From an archaeon (GTDB lineage Archaea > Nanobdellota > Nanobdellia > Woesearchaeales > UBA9642), in the NCBI GenBank assembly GCA_020057295.1, contig JAGVGF010000003.1:64001-128000 (forward strand): DNA of 64,000 bases. The letters run 5' to 3'. Positions within the stretch are counted from its first letter, which is position 1; every line of letters starts with the position of its first letter. A program made the position numbers and the translations under genes. The notes below the pieces were generated by a model. It had not been told where the DNA came from, made no database searches, and saw only the letters and a list, made by a program, of their open reading frames with translations. This document shows, piece by piece, positions 1 through 10,252 of this stretch.

Positions 1-1
1 G

Positions 2-508
2 ATAGCAGCATTATTGCATGACGTTCATCGTTTAATTCAATCTGAAACAGATAAGTATTGTTCTCCAAAAGATTCAATCTCTGAAATAAATAAATTTTTG
101 TTAAAAATTAGTTTGACGGAAGAGCAGAAAGAAAAAATATTATATGCTATAGAATGTCATGAGAGTTATCCTTTTGGTAAAAATTCTGTGAAGATAAAGT
201 CTATCGAAGCAAAAATATTGCAGGATGCTGATAGACTCGATGCTACCGGAGCGATAGGTGTAGCTAGATGTTTTATGTATTCTGGAAGGTATAAACAACC
301 ACTGTATGTTCCAGAAATTTCTCTTAAAGGAAAATATGATGTTTCGAAAATGACTGATCCATCAAGCATACATCATTTCTACTATAAATTACTAAAATTG
401 GGTTCTAATATGAACACTAAAACTGGTAAGAACTTGGCATCGGAAAGACATAGATTTATGGAACATTTCTTAAAAGAATTCTTCGATGAGTGGGAAGGAA
501 AGAAATAA
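2..508 (+). CDS. HD-domain phosphohydrolase (5'-partial)
   Basis: Frame open from position 2: AALLHD motif, then IECHE and LQDADRLDATGAIG motifs typical of the HD family. Confidence 0.85.
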   Translation: MAALLHDVHRLIQSETDKYCSPKDSISEINKFLLKISLTEEQKEKILYAIECHESYPFGKNSVKIKSIEAKILQDADRLDATGAIGVARCFMYSGRYKQPLYVPEISLKGKYDVSKMTDPSSIHHFYYKLLKLGSNMNTKTGKNLASERHRFMEHFLKEFFDEWEGKK

Positions 509-535
509 GTATTTTTACTTTCTCTCAACGTTGTT

Positions 536-934
536 CTAATCAAAATATCTCGGATCATCGCTTCTAACGATTTGATTACGAGATTCTTGTTTCTTTTTAA
601 TTTCAGGATTTTTCTTTTCCTGTTCAAATTTTATTTGTTTAACTTTGTTACTTATAATTTGTTCTTTAACCTTTGGCGTTTCCATGACTTGAGAATTTAT
701 TTCTAGAGCTTTTTTCATGTTTATATTTCCGCATCTTAAACAATTAAAGAAAACACCGAATTTTCCTTCTTGCATTAATAAGTATTCTCCGCACGCACAC
801 TTCATGTCTTTTAGTATAGAATCTTTGTGATCCTTACATACAGGAACTCCTTGAGAATTCTTGATAAATGCTTGTCTACCACAGAATGGGCACGAGTCTA
901 TCTTCGATTCACCATAGCGTTTTGGAATAAACAT
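536..934 (-). CDS. Zn-ribbon-containing hypothetical protein
   Basis: CPFC, CKDH, CACG and CLRC motifs; GKFGVFFNC resembles a topoisomerase-type Zn ribbon. Confidence 0.6.
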   Translation of the reverse strand: MFIPKRYGESKIDSCPFCGRQAFIKNSQGVPVCKDHKDSILKDMKCACGEYLLMQEGKFGVFFNCLRCGNINMKKALEINSQVMETPKVKEQIISNKVKQIKFEQEKKNPEIKKKQESRNQIVRSDDPRYFD

Positions 935-976
935 TATAAAAGTTCAGAGAACTTATTTATATGTTTTTGTATTGAT

Positions 977-2791
977 TTATTTTAACTTCCTTAATTCTTC
1001 AATTTCTTCTCTTATTATATTAAATCCACGTTGCCAGAATTCTTCAGATTCAACATCTATCTCTATATCTTTTAATAATTTCATTGGAGGAACGCTTCCG
1101 CCAGCACTTAATAATTTAATATATTTGTCAACAAATTTCTTTCCTTCTTTTTTATACATGTCGAATAAGGATAATACTAATAAATTACCCCATGAATAAG
1201 AATAACAATAGAATGGATGATTGAACATGTGTGCAATGTATGCCCACCCTTTATCGAATACTTCTGGTATATCCATATCTCCGAATTGTTCTACTAAAAG
1301 CTTTCTGTTTTCGACTTCTAAATCTTTAGATGTTGCTCCTGCTAGTATTTTATCATGAGCAATTTGCTCAAACAGTGTGATATATGTTTGTCTTGTTATT
1401 GTTGCAAATTGGTTGTCTAATAATTGTACTAAAACATATTTTCTCTCATTATTGTCTTTAGATTCTTTTAACAACCTATCAGCTAATAACATTTCACTAA
1501 ATACTGATGCCGTTTCACATATAGGAAGTCCAGCATGGTATTGCAGATTATTGTTTTTATTTGCAAACACGAAGTGCACAGCGTGTCCGGTCTCATGAAC
1601 CATTGTAAACAAATCTCTTAATTTATTATTATGATTTAAGAATATATAAGGTATTACATCCGTAGTTGTTGGTGAACAAAATCCTCCTCCACGCTTATTT
1701 GGTGTGGATATAGAATGTATGTGTTTTCCATCGAATATCTTTAGTGCATTATTATAAAATCTCGGATCAAATTTCTGGAAAGTTTCTAGTGTGAAATTTT
1801 TGCAATATTCATAATTGTAAAATTTTTCTTTAATTTTTACAGGTGCGTAAAGATGATATCTTGAGTAAGGATACTTTTGCCCGTCTTTAATGTTTATTGA
1901 ATATTTAAGTTTAAAATATTCTTGGAATAATTTAGTGTTTTTCTTTACAGTATTCATCATTGCATTAACTGCCTTGTCCGTAACATCATCACTAAATGTT
2001 CTTATGCTTATAGGATTTTTATATCCTCTTATTTTTACACCATCATTATACCATGATAATACTACATTTTTGTAAATTTCAGAAAGCAACGTAATATCTT
2101 GTCCGAATCTAGTGAATAGTTTATCAAAAGCCTCTTTACGAAGTTTAGGACTATCCGAATGAATATAAGACACCAGCTCTTCCATGCTTACTTTTTTCCC
2201 TTCAATCTCAAAAGAGTAGTTTGATGTTATAATATCATACATGTCAGAAAATGCTCCAGAACCCGTAACATCTTTTATGTTTATTATTTTCTCAATCTCT
2301 TCACTTTTAGTGTAAGGTTTGGATTTGCGTAATAACTCTAAATAATATTTATAATCTTGTAGATCTTTTGATTCTAGATATCTTTTAGCATCGTTATCAT
2401 TTAATGCTATAAACCATAAAGAGAAGAATATTCCATCATTAGAAAACGTACTAGCTAGCTGTTTTAATTGTGACATCTTAGCAAGGGCATCTTTATCAGT
2501 CGTATTCTCTGCGAACTTCATCTCATAATATGCGCCTATTTTACCAGCGCGAACAATTATGCTTTCTTCAAGAAGAAGTATTTTCCTAAAATCCTCAGGA
2601 TTTAAGTCTTTATTAAGCATAACTCTAAACTTTTTGAATTCTTCAACCATTCCTGTTATTTCTCTAATATGTTGATCAAAACTTTTGCCATTAAGGAGTT
2701 CTTTAAGATCCCACACATCGCCTTTAGCTTTATTGGAGCCAGAATTCGTCTTGATTATGTTTTTAGATGTCTTTGTAGATTTTTGTTTCAT
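977..2791 (-). CDS. pepF: M3 family oligoendopeptidase F
   Basis: WDL N-terminal motif, KRGGGFC, HETGHAVH (HExxH), ETASVFSE, PFYCYSY; ~600 aa. Confidence 0.9.
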   Translation of the reverse strand: MKQKSTKTSKNIIKTNSGSNKAKGDVWDLKELLNGKSFDQHIREITGMVEEFKKFRVMLNKDLNPEDFRKILLLEESIIVRAGKIGAYYEMKFAENTTDKDALAKMSQLKQLASTFSNDGIFFSLWFIALNDNDAKRYLESKDLQDYKYYLELLRKSKPYTKSEEIEKIINIKDVTGSGAFSDMYDIITSNYSFEIEGKKVSMEELVSYIHSDSPKLRKEAFDKLFTRFGQDITLLSEIYKNVVLSWYNDGVKIRGYKNPISIRTFSDDVTDKAVNAMMNTVKKNTKLFQEYFKLKYSINIKDGQKYPYSRYHLYAPVKIKEKFYNYEYCKNFTLETFQKFDPRFYNNALKIFDGKHIHSISTPNKRGGGFCSPTTTDVIPYIFLNHNNKLRDLFTMVHETGHAVHFVFANKNNNLQYHAGLPICETASVFSEMLLADRLLKESKDNNERKYVLVQLLDNQFATITRQTYITLFEQIAHDKILAGATSKDLEVENRKLLVEQFGDMDIPEVFDKGWAYIAHMFNHPFYCYSYSWGNLLVLSLFDMYKKEGKKFVDKYIKLLSAGGSVPPMKLLKDIEIDVESEEFWQRGFNIIREEIEELRKLK

Positions 2792-2860
2792 CAATTAAAA
2801 AGTATTATGCTTCTTTAAATATTTTGTTAAAAGAATAACTCTCATAATTAGAATAATCAA

Positions 2861-2933
2861 ATTTTCTCACTACGTTCGAAACTATTCCTTTTAGACTCTA
2901 AACGGAATATTCTTTCACTTCGTTCAAGGATGT
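2861..2933. repeat. REP-like palindromic element with two TCACT(A/T)CGTTC cores
   Basis: TCACTACGTTC at 2867-2877 and TCACTTCGTTC at 2915-2925, each flanked by short inverted arms, with a TATTCC..GGAATA hairpin between them; the same core recurs at 59289-59299. Confidence 0.55.
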
Positions 2934-3036
2934 TTTATCTTGGACAAAACATTTTTAAACTCTAAAGAGTTTACAACACTATAATAAGAGTTAATATTTA
3001 AGATAATATTTAAGCACATTAATGGGGGCGTTTAGT

Positions 3037-3774
3037 ATGAAACTAGTCTTAGCTGAAACAAAGCTTATCAAAGAGCCAATAACAATAATTTCTGATCTTG
3101 TTACAGAGGCAAAATTCAAGATAGGAAAGAATGGTATTGAAATGATTGCTATGGATCCAGCAAATGTTGCTATGGTAGTATTCAGATTATTGAGTTCTGC
3201 ATTTGTAGAATATACTGTCAAAGAAGAAACATCTATTGCAATAAATCTAAACAATCTTAAGCAAGTATTGCGTAGAATCAAAGGTAATGATAATTTAACA
3301 TTAGAAGTTGCAGAAAACAAGTTAAAATTGATATTGAGTGGTTCTACTGTTAGAACATTCTTTTTACCATTAATAGATCAGCAGGAAAAAGAGTATAAAG
3401 AGCCAGATTTAAAATTCAAGAGCGTAATTAAGTGTCCATCAACGATGCTTAATGATGCTATTGAAGATGTAGAGATTGTTGCAGAAAGTGTAACATTTCA
3501 ATCAGAAGATAAAAAATTCATTGTAAGCGCTTCAGGCGATTCTGGTAAAGCAACTGTAGATATCAAGGCTGAAGAAGGTGTAAATATTGAAACTACTGAA
3601 AAAGTAAAATCCAAATATTCTGTAGAGTATTTGAAGAAGATGATTCAGGGAAGTAAGATTAGTGGTCAAGTGCACATACAGTTTAGTAAGGATTATCCAT
3701 TAAAACTTGAATATAAAGAAGTAGACAAGATACAGATGGCATTCATCTTAGCACCAAGAATCGAGAACGATTAA
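3037..3774 (+). CDS. pcn: DNA polymerase sliding clamp PCNA
   Basis: AMDPANVAMV, SKYSVEYLKK, DYPLKLEY and C-terminal ILAPRIE motifs; 245 aa. Confidence 0.95.
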   Translation: MKLVLAETKLIKEPITIISDLVTEAKFKIGKNGIEMIAMDPANVAMVVFRLLSSAFVEYTVKEETSIAINLNNLKQVLRRIKGNDNLTLEVAENKLKLILSGSTVRTFFLPLIDQQEKEYKEPDLKFKSVIKCPSTMLNDAIEDVEIVAESVTFQSEDKKFIVSASGDSGKATVDIKAEEGVNIETTEKVKSKYSVEYLKKMIQGSKISGQVHIQFSKDYPLKLEYKEVDKIQMAFILAPRIEND

Positions 3775-3845
3775 ACTCGATTAATTTTTTATTCTCTATT
3801 TTATTTAATCACAACTTTTTTTAATTCTATATTATTCCATCTATT

Positions 3846-4364
3846 ATGAAGACATATTGCGAAGCTGTTAGGGGTTTACCTGAAGATAATGTTCACAGGA
3901 TTCATCATGACACGGAACACGGTTCAATGCCTGAAAGTGATGATGATATATTCAGAAGGTTAATTTTGGAAATTAATCAGGCAGGATTATCTTTTGATAT
4001 AGTTCTTAAAAAGAAGAAAACACTATATGAAGCATATCCTTCTATAGCTAAAGTTGCCAAATACACGCAAAAGGATATTAAGCGATTAATGAATAATTCT
4101 GGAATCATTAGAAATAGATTAAAAATAGAAGCCGCGATATACAATGCTAAGAAAATACAAGAATTACAAAAAGAATATGGGTCGTTGAGGAAATGGTTAG
4201 ATATAAATCATCCAAAAACTAAAGATGAATGGGTTAAATTATTCAAGAAAAATTTTAAATTTACTGGCGGAGAAATAATCAATGAATTCATGATGAGTAT
4301 ATGTTATTTGCCCGGAGCACATGTCAAAGGCTGTAAATTATATATTAACAGATTACATAAATGA
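3846..4364 (+). CDS. tag: DNA-3-methyladenine glycosylase I
   Basis: HHDTEHG, LILEINQAGLSF, GIIRNRLKI, FKFTGGEI and H-x3-C Zn motif. Confidence 0.9.
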   Translation: MKTYCEAVRGLPEDNVHRIHHDTEHGSMPESDDDIFRRLILEINQAGLSFDIVLKKKKTLYEAYPSIAKVAKYTQKDIKRLMNNSGIIRNRLKIEAAIYNAKKIQELQKEYGSLRKWLDINHPKTKDEWVKLFKKNFKFTGGEIINEFMMSICYLPGAHVKGCKLYINRLHK

Positions 4365-4437
4365 TAATTTCAATCTTGTTAGAAGATATGGTCTTATTTA
4401 TATATCGATAAGATATTATAATATTAAAGGTGAAATC

Positions 4438-5175
4438 ATGAAATATGTTGAATATATATTATTAGGCTTATTTATTGCTGTAATTATTGTTTCTGGATGT
4501 GAGAACTCTATACAGACAGACAATCCACCATTTAACGCTCCATGTACTGCCGATGCAAAACTATGTTCTGATGGTACTTCTGTTGGAAGAAATGCAACTA
4601 ATAATTGCGAATTTAATCCTTGTAACGATATAATTTTGAATGAAAAAATATATGTGAGTAATGATACAGAGCAATGTAAAGTTATTAGATTTATGTGTGT
4701 TCAAGGAAAACAACCCTTTTCAAATGAAAATGGCTGTGGATGTGAGTCTATTCCAGCAAACAATTTAACAACAGGTAAATTAAAAACTTATGAATGCATT
4801 GATCCTAGACCAATTGCGTGTACAAAAGAATATATACCTGTATGCGGAAGAACAAACATACAATGTATTACAACGCCATGTAATCCTATAGATGAAACTT
4901 ACGCAAATAAATGCGAAGCATGTTCAAATAAGCTTGTGGATTATTATATAGAAGGTGTATGTCAAAAATCCGCTAGTGAATTGGAGGGACAATGTTTAAG
5001 TGTTAATGGAAGATGGCTTTCCGAGTCAAGAGAATGTGAAGGAATATCACAAGATCATTGCGAATTTATGGGTGGACAGTTTGATGAATGTGCAAGTGCA
5101 TGTAGAAATTATCCTCCAGATGTAAACAGGGCATGCACAATGCAATGTGTTCAAACGTGTCGTTTTAAAATATAA
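4438..5175 (+). CDS. Cys-rich secreted lipoprotein with Kazal-like module
   Basis: AGGTGA SD before ATG 4438; signal peptide ending IVSGC; CTKEYIPVCG...TYANKCEAC Kazal-like segment plus other Cys clusters. Confidence 0.75.
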   Translation: MKYVEYILLGLFIAVIIVSGCENSIQTDNPPFNAPCTADAKLCSDGTSVGRNATNNCEFNPCNDIILNEKIYVSNDTEQCKVIRFMCVQGKQPFSNENGCGCESIPANNLTTGKLKTYECIDPRPIACTKEYIPVCGRTNIQCITTPCNPIDETYANKCEACSNKLVDYYIEGVCQKSASELEGQCLSVNGRWLSESRECEGISQDHCEFMGGQFDECASACRNYPPDVNRACTMQCVQTCRFKI

Positions 5176-5251
5176 TTTTTTTCTTTCTTTTCAACAAATT
5201 TATAAACTTATTATTCCATGGTTAATCTATCATTAAATCAGATGACCAGGG

Positions 5252-5506
5252 GTGGTTTTATTGGCTGAAGACAAAATTGAAAAGAATATGGCAATAGTTG
5301 GTCTTGTATTGAATGTAATAATTCTTCCAGGACTTGGAACATTAATTGGTGGCGGATCAAAGTATAGAACTCAAGGAATCTGGCAATTAATAGTTGCTAT
5401 AGTTAGCATACCATTAATGCTTTTAGTTATAGGATTCTTCTCATGGGCCGCTATGTGGATTTGGGCATTAATCACTGGAATAAAGATGATTCAAGAATCA
5501 ACTTAA
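5252..5506 (+). CDS. Small integral membrane protein
   Basis: Hydrophobic 84 aa with LNVIILPGLGTLIGG...GIWQL pattern. Confidence 0.65.
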   Translation: MVLLAEDKIEKNMAIVGLVLNVIILPGLGTLIGGGSKYRTQGIWQLIVAIVSIPLMLLVIGFFSWAAMWIWALITGIKMIQEST

Positions 5507-5572
5507 ATTTTCATTTTATTTTTCTTTTCTTCTTTCACAATCTTTAAATAACCCTATCTGATATCATATTCT

Positions 5573-6097
5573 ATGCGTAACAAGTATGTAGGAATAATTG
5601 TTGTTGGTATTTCCTTGCTTATAGGATTTTTAGTATGGTTATTCAATAAATCATTATCAACTATTGTTAACGATAGTTGTAGTCATGGTCCTACATGTCC
5701 TATGTGGGGAAGTATAAGTTTTCAGACTAATGTGGGTTTAGGATTAATGGTTTTTGTAACAGTCGTCGGTTTGTATTTAATATTTTTTGCTAAGGATGAT
5801 CCACAGATAATCAGGGAAGTTCATAGAGAAACAAAAATTGTCAAGGAACAAGTTAAGCCTCGAACTTTAAGTAAAGGGCATTATAGAGATATTTTAGAAA
5901 AATTAGAAGGTGATGATAAGAAAGTTCTTAGTTTAATTATAGATTCTGAAGGTTCTGTATTTCAATCAGAGATAGTTTCAAAAATCGGATTAACAAAAGT
6001 TAAAGTAACAAGAATTCTAGATCGATTAGAAGGTAAAGGTCTTATAGAAAGAAAGAGACGTGGAATGACTAATGTTGTTATACTAAAAAATAATTGA
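5573..6097 (+). CDS. Membrane-anchored winged-helix (MarR-like) transcriptional regulator
   Basis: Two TM helices flanking a CSHGPTCPM loop; C-terminal QSEIV..LTKVKVTRILDRLEGKGLIERKRRGMTN wHTH. Confidence 0.8.
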   Translation: MRNKYVGIIVVGISLLIGFLVWLFNKSLSTIVNDSCSHGPTCPMWGSISFQTNVGLGLMVFVTVVGLYLIFFAKDDPQIIREVHRETKIVKEQVKPRTLSKGHYRDILEKLEGDDKKVLSLIIDSEGSVFQSEIVSKIGLTKVKVTRILDRLEGKGLIERKRRGMTNVVILKNN

Positions 6098-6237
6098 TTC
6101 TTCATAATACTTATAAATGCTTATTTTATACTTAGTTCTATGCGTAACAGTTCTTGAAACTGGTTTCACTACTATGTTTATAAGGAGTTTCATTATCCTA
6201 TATACTAGAACTATTGAATTAGCTCAAGGGTGTAACT

Positions 6238-7053
6238 ATGAAAGATTTTATTATTAAGAGAAAATTTGCAGTAATACTAACATGTATATTGCTTATAGTT
6301 GGTACAACACTATATTTTACATTGGGTGCTTACAATCTTGGAGAAATGTCAATAAAAAGCGCAGCTACAATTGAAGAATTAAATGTATTACGTAATGTCC
6401 AATTGAAAGCAGCATATACTGAAGAAGGTAGTATAGATATGTTTGTTCTTGCAAGAAATAATGATCTATCTAAGATTAAACCATTACAAGGTAATTCTAT
6501 ACCCGAAATAGGTGGTATGGTTATAGGTAATGTCGAAGGATCGATGATGCAAGAAGAAAACGAGTTTAAGAATATAGGAGATACTTTAGTTGATTATGAT
6601 ATTACTTTTAGAATTGATGGAATTCTTGATAAGACAGGAACATTCATGGATGATTTTCATTTTATAAGTTCAGAAGAATACACTAAACTATCTGGTGAAG
6701 AAAATGTTTTATTTGTAAAGTTCAAAGATGCAAAAACTCCCAAACTATTTTATTTGTACGATAAGAATAATCCTTCACCAGCGAAAATATCTTTATCAGA
6801 AGGTAATATAAATTTTTACTACAAACATATTATCGGCAAAAAAATCTATTATCCTATAATCATTGGCTATGAAGAGGCTAAGATGATGCGTGAAGAAAAA
6901 TTATTCAATAAAGTAGGAGATACTCTTGAAGGATTTTTTGATAGAGATGTTATGATTGTCGGAATAACACAAAAAACAGATACGGGCTTAGATATGATGC
7001 ATGTTGTAGAAAAAGATTTTTTCGATGAATCATTAAGAGGAACATTAGTATAG
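6238..7053 (+). CDS. Membrane-anchored protein with tandem MacB-periplasmic-like repeats
   Basis: N-terminal TM; two internal repeats IG..E..MM.EE..F..(I/V)GDTL...I.GI..KT.T..D..H. Confidence 0.6.
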   Translation: MKDFIIKRKFAVILTCILLIVGTTLYFTLGAYNLGEMSIKSAATIEELNVLRNVQLKAAYTEEGSIDMFVLARNNDLSKIKPLQGNSIPEIGGMVIGNVEGSMMQEENEFKNIGDTLVDYDITFRIDGILDKTGTFMDDFHFISSEEYTKLSGEENVLFVKFKDAKTPKLFYLYDKNNPSPAKISLSEGNINFYYKHIIGKKIYYPIIIGYEEAKMMREEKLFNKVGDTLEGFFDRDVMIVGITQKTDTGLDMMHVVEKDFFDESLRGTLV

Positions 7054-7061
7054 GTGAAAAT

Positions 7062-7271
7062 ATGAAAGATATTGAATTAAAACTTAAAGGAATGCATTGC
7101 AAAAGTTGTGTGATATTAGTTAATGATGCCTTAACAGATATTAAAGGTGTAAAATCTGCAAATGCCAATTTAGAGAAGAGTAATGTAAAGATATCATTTG
7201 ATGATAATTTAGTAAAAGAAAAGCAATTGATTGACGCGATTGAAAAAGAGGGCTATAAGGTGAATAAATAA
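7062..7271 (+). CDS. copZ: Copper chaperone (HMA domain)
   Basis: GMHCKSC motif, 69 aa, immediately upstream of copA. Confidence 0.9.
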   Translation: MKDIELKLKGMHCKSCVILVNDALTDIKGVKSANANLEKSNVKISFDDNLVKEKQLIDAIEKEGYKVNK

Positions 7272-9505
7272 TGGCAAAGAAGACAGATCTTAATATTGTA
7301 GGAATGCATTGCGCAAGTTGTTCTACACTAATAAATAGAGCTTTATCGAAGACTGAAGGAATAACGGAAGCAAATGTTAATTATGCTACAGCTAAAGCAC
7401 GCGTAGTTTATGATGAAAATAAAGTCTCTGAAGAGGACTTAATAAAAATTGTTCAATCTAAAGGTTACGATGCATCTATTAGCAGTAAAAATGATGCTGT
7501 TAATAAAGAATTATCTCAGAAAAAAGAAATTGAGGAAATAAAGAATAGCTTATATTTTAGTTTAATATTTACGATTCCAGCATTTTTAATCGGAATGGTC
7601 TTAATGTCGCTTGGTGTTAATGTTCCTTACGATCTATTTATATTATTCTTACTTGCAACACCGGTTCAATTTATTGTAGCATCAGATATCTACAAAAGTG
7701 CATGGGTCGCATTAAAAAATAAGACTGCAAATATGGATTCTTTAATAGCCATAGGAACTAGTGCAGCATACTTGTTTAGTATTTATGCAATATTTTTTGA
7801 TCCTATTCTTGGTCAATATTTTGAAACATCAGCAATTCTTATAACTTTTGTAATATTTGGAAGATATCTTGAAATTAATGCTAAAGGTAAAACATCCGAG
7901 GCAATAAAGAAACTTATGGAATTATCACCAAAAATAGCGACAGTTATTAGAAAAATTAACGGAAAAAATAAAGAAATGCAGATACCTGTAGATCAAGTAG
8001 TTTTGAATGATATTATCATCGTAAAACCTGGAGAAAAAGTTCCAGTTGATGGAATCCTGTTAGAAGGATTATCTTCTGTCGATGAAAGTATGATTACAGG
8101 AGAGAGCATCCCCGTAGAAAAAAAGAAAGGAGATACAGTAATAGGCGGAACAATAAACAAACACGGAACTTTTACATTTAAGGCAACGAAAGTAGGCGAA
8201 AATACTACTCTTGCAAATATAATAAAATTAATTGAAGATGCTCAAGGAAAGAAAGCTCCAATACAAAGATTTGCGGATAATATTTCTGCATATTTTGTGC
8301 CTGTAGTAATACTTATTGCGATTGTAACATTTAGTGTGTGGTTTTTCTGGGTAGGAAAACCCATAGCATTTGCACTGATTACAGCAGTTTCAGTATTAGT
8401 AATCGCATGTCCTTGTGCTTTAGGTCTTGCAACACCTACATCAATAATTGTGGGAACAGGAAAAGGTGCGAAAGAGGGAATACTAATTAAAGGAGCAGAT
8501 TCTCTTGAAGCAGCACACAAAGTTAAATATGTTATATTTGATAAAACAGGAACTATAACTAATGGTAAACCAGAAACAACTGACGTGATATCTTTTGAGA
8601 AGAGCATATCTCAAGATTCATTACTAAAGATAGCAGCATCTATAGAAAAACCTTCAGAACATCCTCTTGCAGATGCAATAGTCAGAAAGGCAAACGAAGA
8701 AAAATTAGCTATAATAAAAATTAAGAATTTTAAAGCAATACCAGGTTATGGAATTTCTGCGAAGATATCAAGCAAGCAATATTATTTTGGAAATACTAAA
8801 TTAATGCAGAAACAAAAAATTTCTGTAAGTAAATATGAAAGCAGAATTCAAGATATTGAAGAACAAGGAAAAACTGTAATGATATTATCTAATACAAAGA
8901 AAATTCTTGGAATAATCGCTGTTGCCGATACTATTAAGGAAACATCAAAACTTGCTGTAAAACAATTACAAGATATGGGTGTTGAAGTTTATCTAATTAC
9001 AGGAGATAATGTTAGAACTGCAGGAGCAATTGCAAAGCAGGCAGGTATAAAGCAAGATAATGTATTTTCTGAAGTCCTTCCTGAAGATAAGGCAAACTAT
9101 GTGAAGAAATTGCAGGATAAAAAAGATAAAAAGGGAAATTTTGCAAAAGTTGTAATGGTTGGTGATGGTGTAAATGATGCTCCAGCACTTGCACAGGCCG
9201 ATATTGGAATTGCAATGGGATCTGGAACAGATGTTGCTATGGAGTCAGGAAATATTGTATTAATGAAAAATGACTTACTTGATGTTCCAAAAGCGATCAA
9301 GTTAAGCAAACAAACCATGACTAAAATAAAACAGAACATGTTCTGGGCATTATTTTACAATGTCTTAGGAATACCAATAGCGGCAGGAGTACTGTATCCT
9401 TTTACAGGATGGCTTCTAAGCCCTATAATCGCTGGTGGAGCAATGGCACTTTCAAGCGTTAGTGTTGTAACAAATAGTTTATTGTTAAAGAGTTCAAAAT
9501 TGTAA
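7271..9505 (+). CDS. copA: Cu(I)-exporting P1B-type ATPase
   Basis: N-terminal [40 protein letters not shown] and MALSS motifs. Confidence 0.95.
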   Translation: MAKKTDLNIVGMHCASCSTLINRALSKTEGITEANVNYATAKARVVYDENKVSEEDLIKIVQSKGYDASISSKNDAVNKELSQKKEIEEIKNSLYFSLIFTIPAFLIGMVLMSLGVNVPYDLFILFLLATPVQFIVASDIYKSAWVALKNKTANMDSLIAIGTSAAYLFSIYAIFFDPILGQYFETSAILITFVIFGRYLEINAKGKTSEAIKKLMELSPKIATVIRKINGKNKEMQIPVDQVVLNDIIIVKPGEKVPVDGILLEGLSSVDESMITGESIPVEKKKGDTVIGGTINKHGTFTFKATKVGENTTLANIIKLIEDAQGKKAPIQRFADNISAYFVPVVILIAIVTFSVWFFWVGKPIAFALITAVSVLVIACPCALGLATPTSIIVGTGKGAKEGILIKGADSLEAAHKVKYVIFDKTGTITNGKPETTDVISFEKSISQDSLLKIAASIEKPSEHPLADAIVRKANEEKLAIIKIKNFKAIPGYGISAKISSKQYYFGNTKLMQKQKISVSKYESRIQDIEEQGKTVMILSNTKKILGIIAVADTIKETSKLAVKQLQDMGVEVYLITGDNVRTAGAIAKQAGIKQDNVFSEVLPEDKANYVKKLQDKKDKKGNFAKVVMVGDGVNDAPALAQADIGIAMGSGTDVAMESGNIVLMKNDLLDVPKAIKLSKQTMTKIKQNMFWALFYNVLGIPIAAGVLYPFTGWLLSPIIAGGAMALSSVSVVTNSLLLKSSKL

Positions 9506-9543
9506 ATTAATAAAAATATACATTAAGATTATAAGGTGATAAA

Positions 9544-10251
9544 ATGGTTAAAAATGAAAATTTAAATAAGAAAAAGCTTATGGCATTAAAATTTACAGAC
9601 AGCAATAAAATGTATTCTTATATGTTAGTTGCTTTCTTAGTATTATTAATATTAGATTTGATTGCATATTTTGGTTTTTTAAATAGAATTCCTGATTTTG
9701 CAAACAAATTCGGTTTCTGGATTTTTTATTTGAATATTAGTATCGTCACAATTGGTGGTTCTGTATGGTATTATGTAACTCACAAAGGTTATGTAAGCTG
9801 TATGGCTAGCATGATGATTGGAATGACTATAGGAATGCAAACTGGAATGATGATTGGAGCAGTATTCGGAGCTGTTAATGGATATTTTGTTGGTGCAATG
9901 GTCGGCATGATTCTTGGTGCATTAACAGGAGCGTTAAGCGGTAAAGATAGTATAATGGGATGGCTTCAGGGAATGATGATGGGATTAATGGGTGGAACAA
10001 TGGGTGCAATGATTACTGTAATGATGTTCACAGATAATGTATTATGGTTCATGCCATTCTATACTATACTCAATGTCTTATTGTTATTAGGATTTAATTA
10101 CATGTATTATGATGAAGTTGTAAGAGATAATAAAGAATTAATTAAAACAGATATAGATATTTTCACATTCATATCTGCATGTGTAATAGTAACTACTATC
10201 TTAACTGTTTTAATGATTTATGCACCAAAATCGGTGCTGTTCGGAGGATAA
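9544..10251 (+). CDS. Met/Gly-rich multi-pass membrane protein, probably copper-related
   Basis: Several TM segments with CMASMMIGMTIGMQTGMMIG and GMMMGLMGGTMGAM; operonic with copA. Confidence 0.65.
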   Translation: MVKNENLNKKKLMALKFTDSNKMYSYMLVAFLVLLILDLIAYFGFLNRIPDFANKFGFWIFYLNISIVTIGGSVWYYVTHKGYVSCMASMMIGMTIGMQTGMMIGAVFGAVNGYFVGAMVGMILGALTGALSGKDSIMGWLQGMMMGLMGGTMGAMITVMMFTDNVLWFMPFYTILNVLLLLGFNYMYYDEVVRDNKELIKTDIDIFTFISACVIVTTILTVLMIYAPKSVLFGG

Positions 10252-10252
10252 A

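Noticed and set aside
4321-4437. N-terminal extensions given by the ORF track (also 10220, 35793, 37798, 40852, 51820, 54697)
   Set aside because: They overlap upstream genes or promoters; downstream ATGs have better SD context and domain starts.
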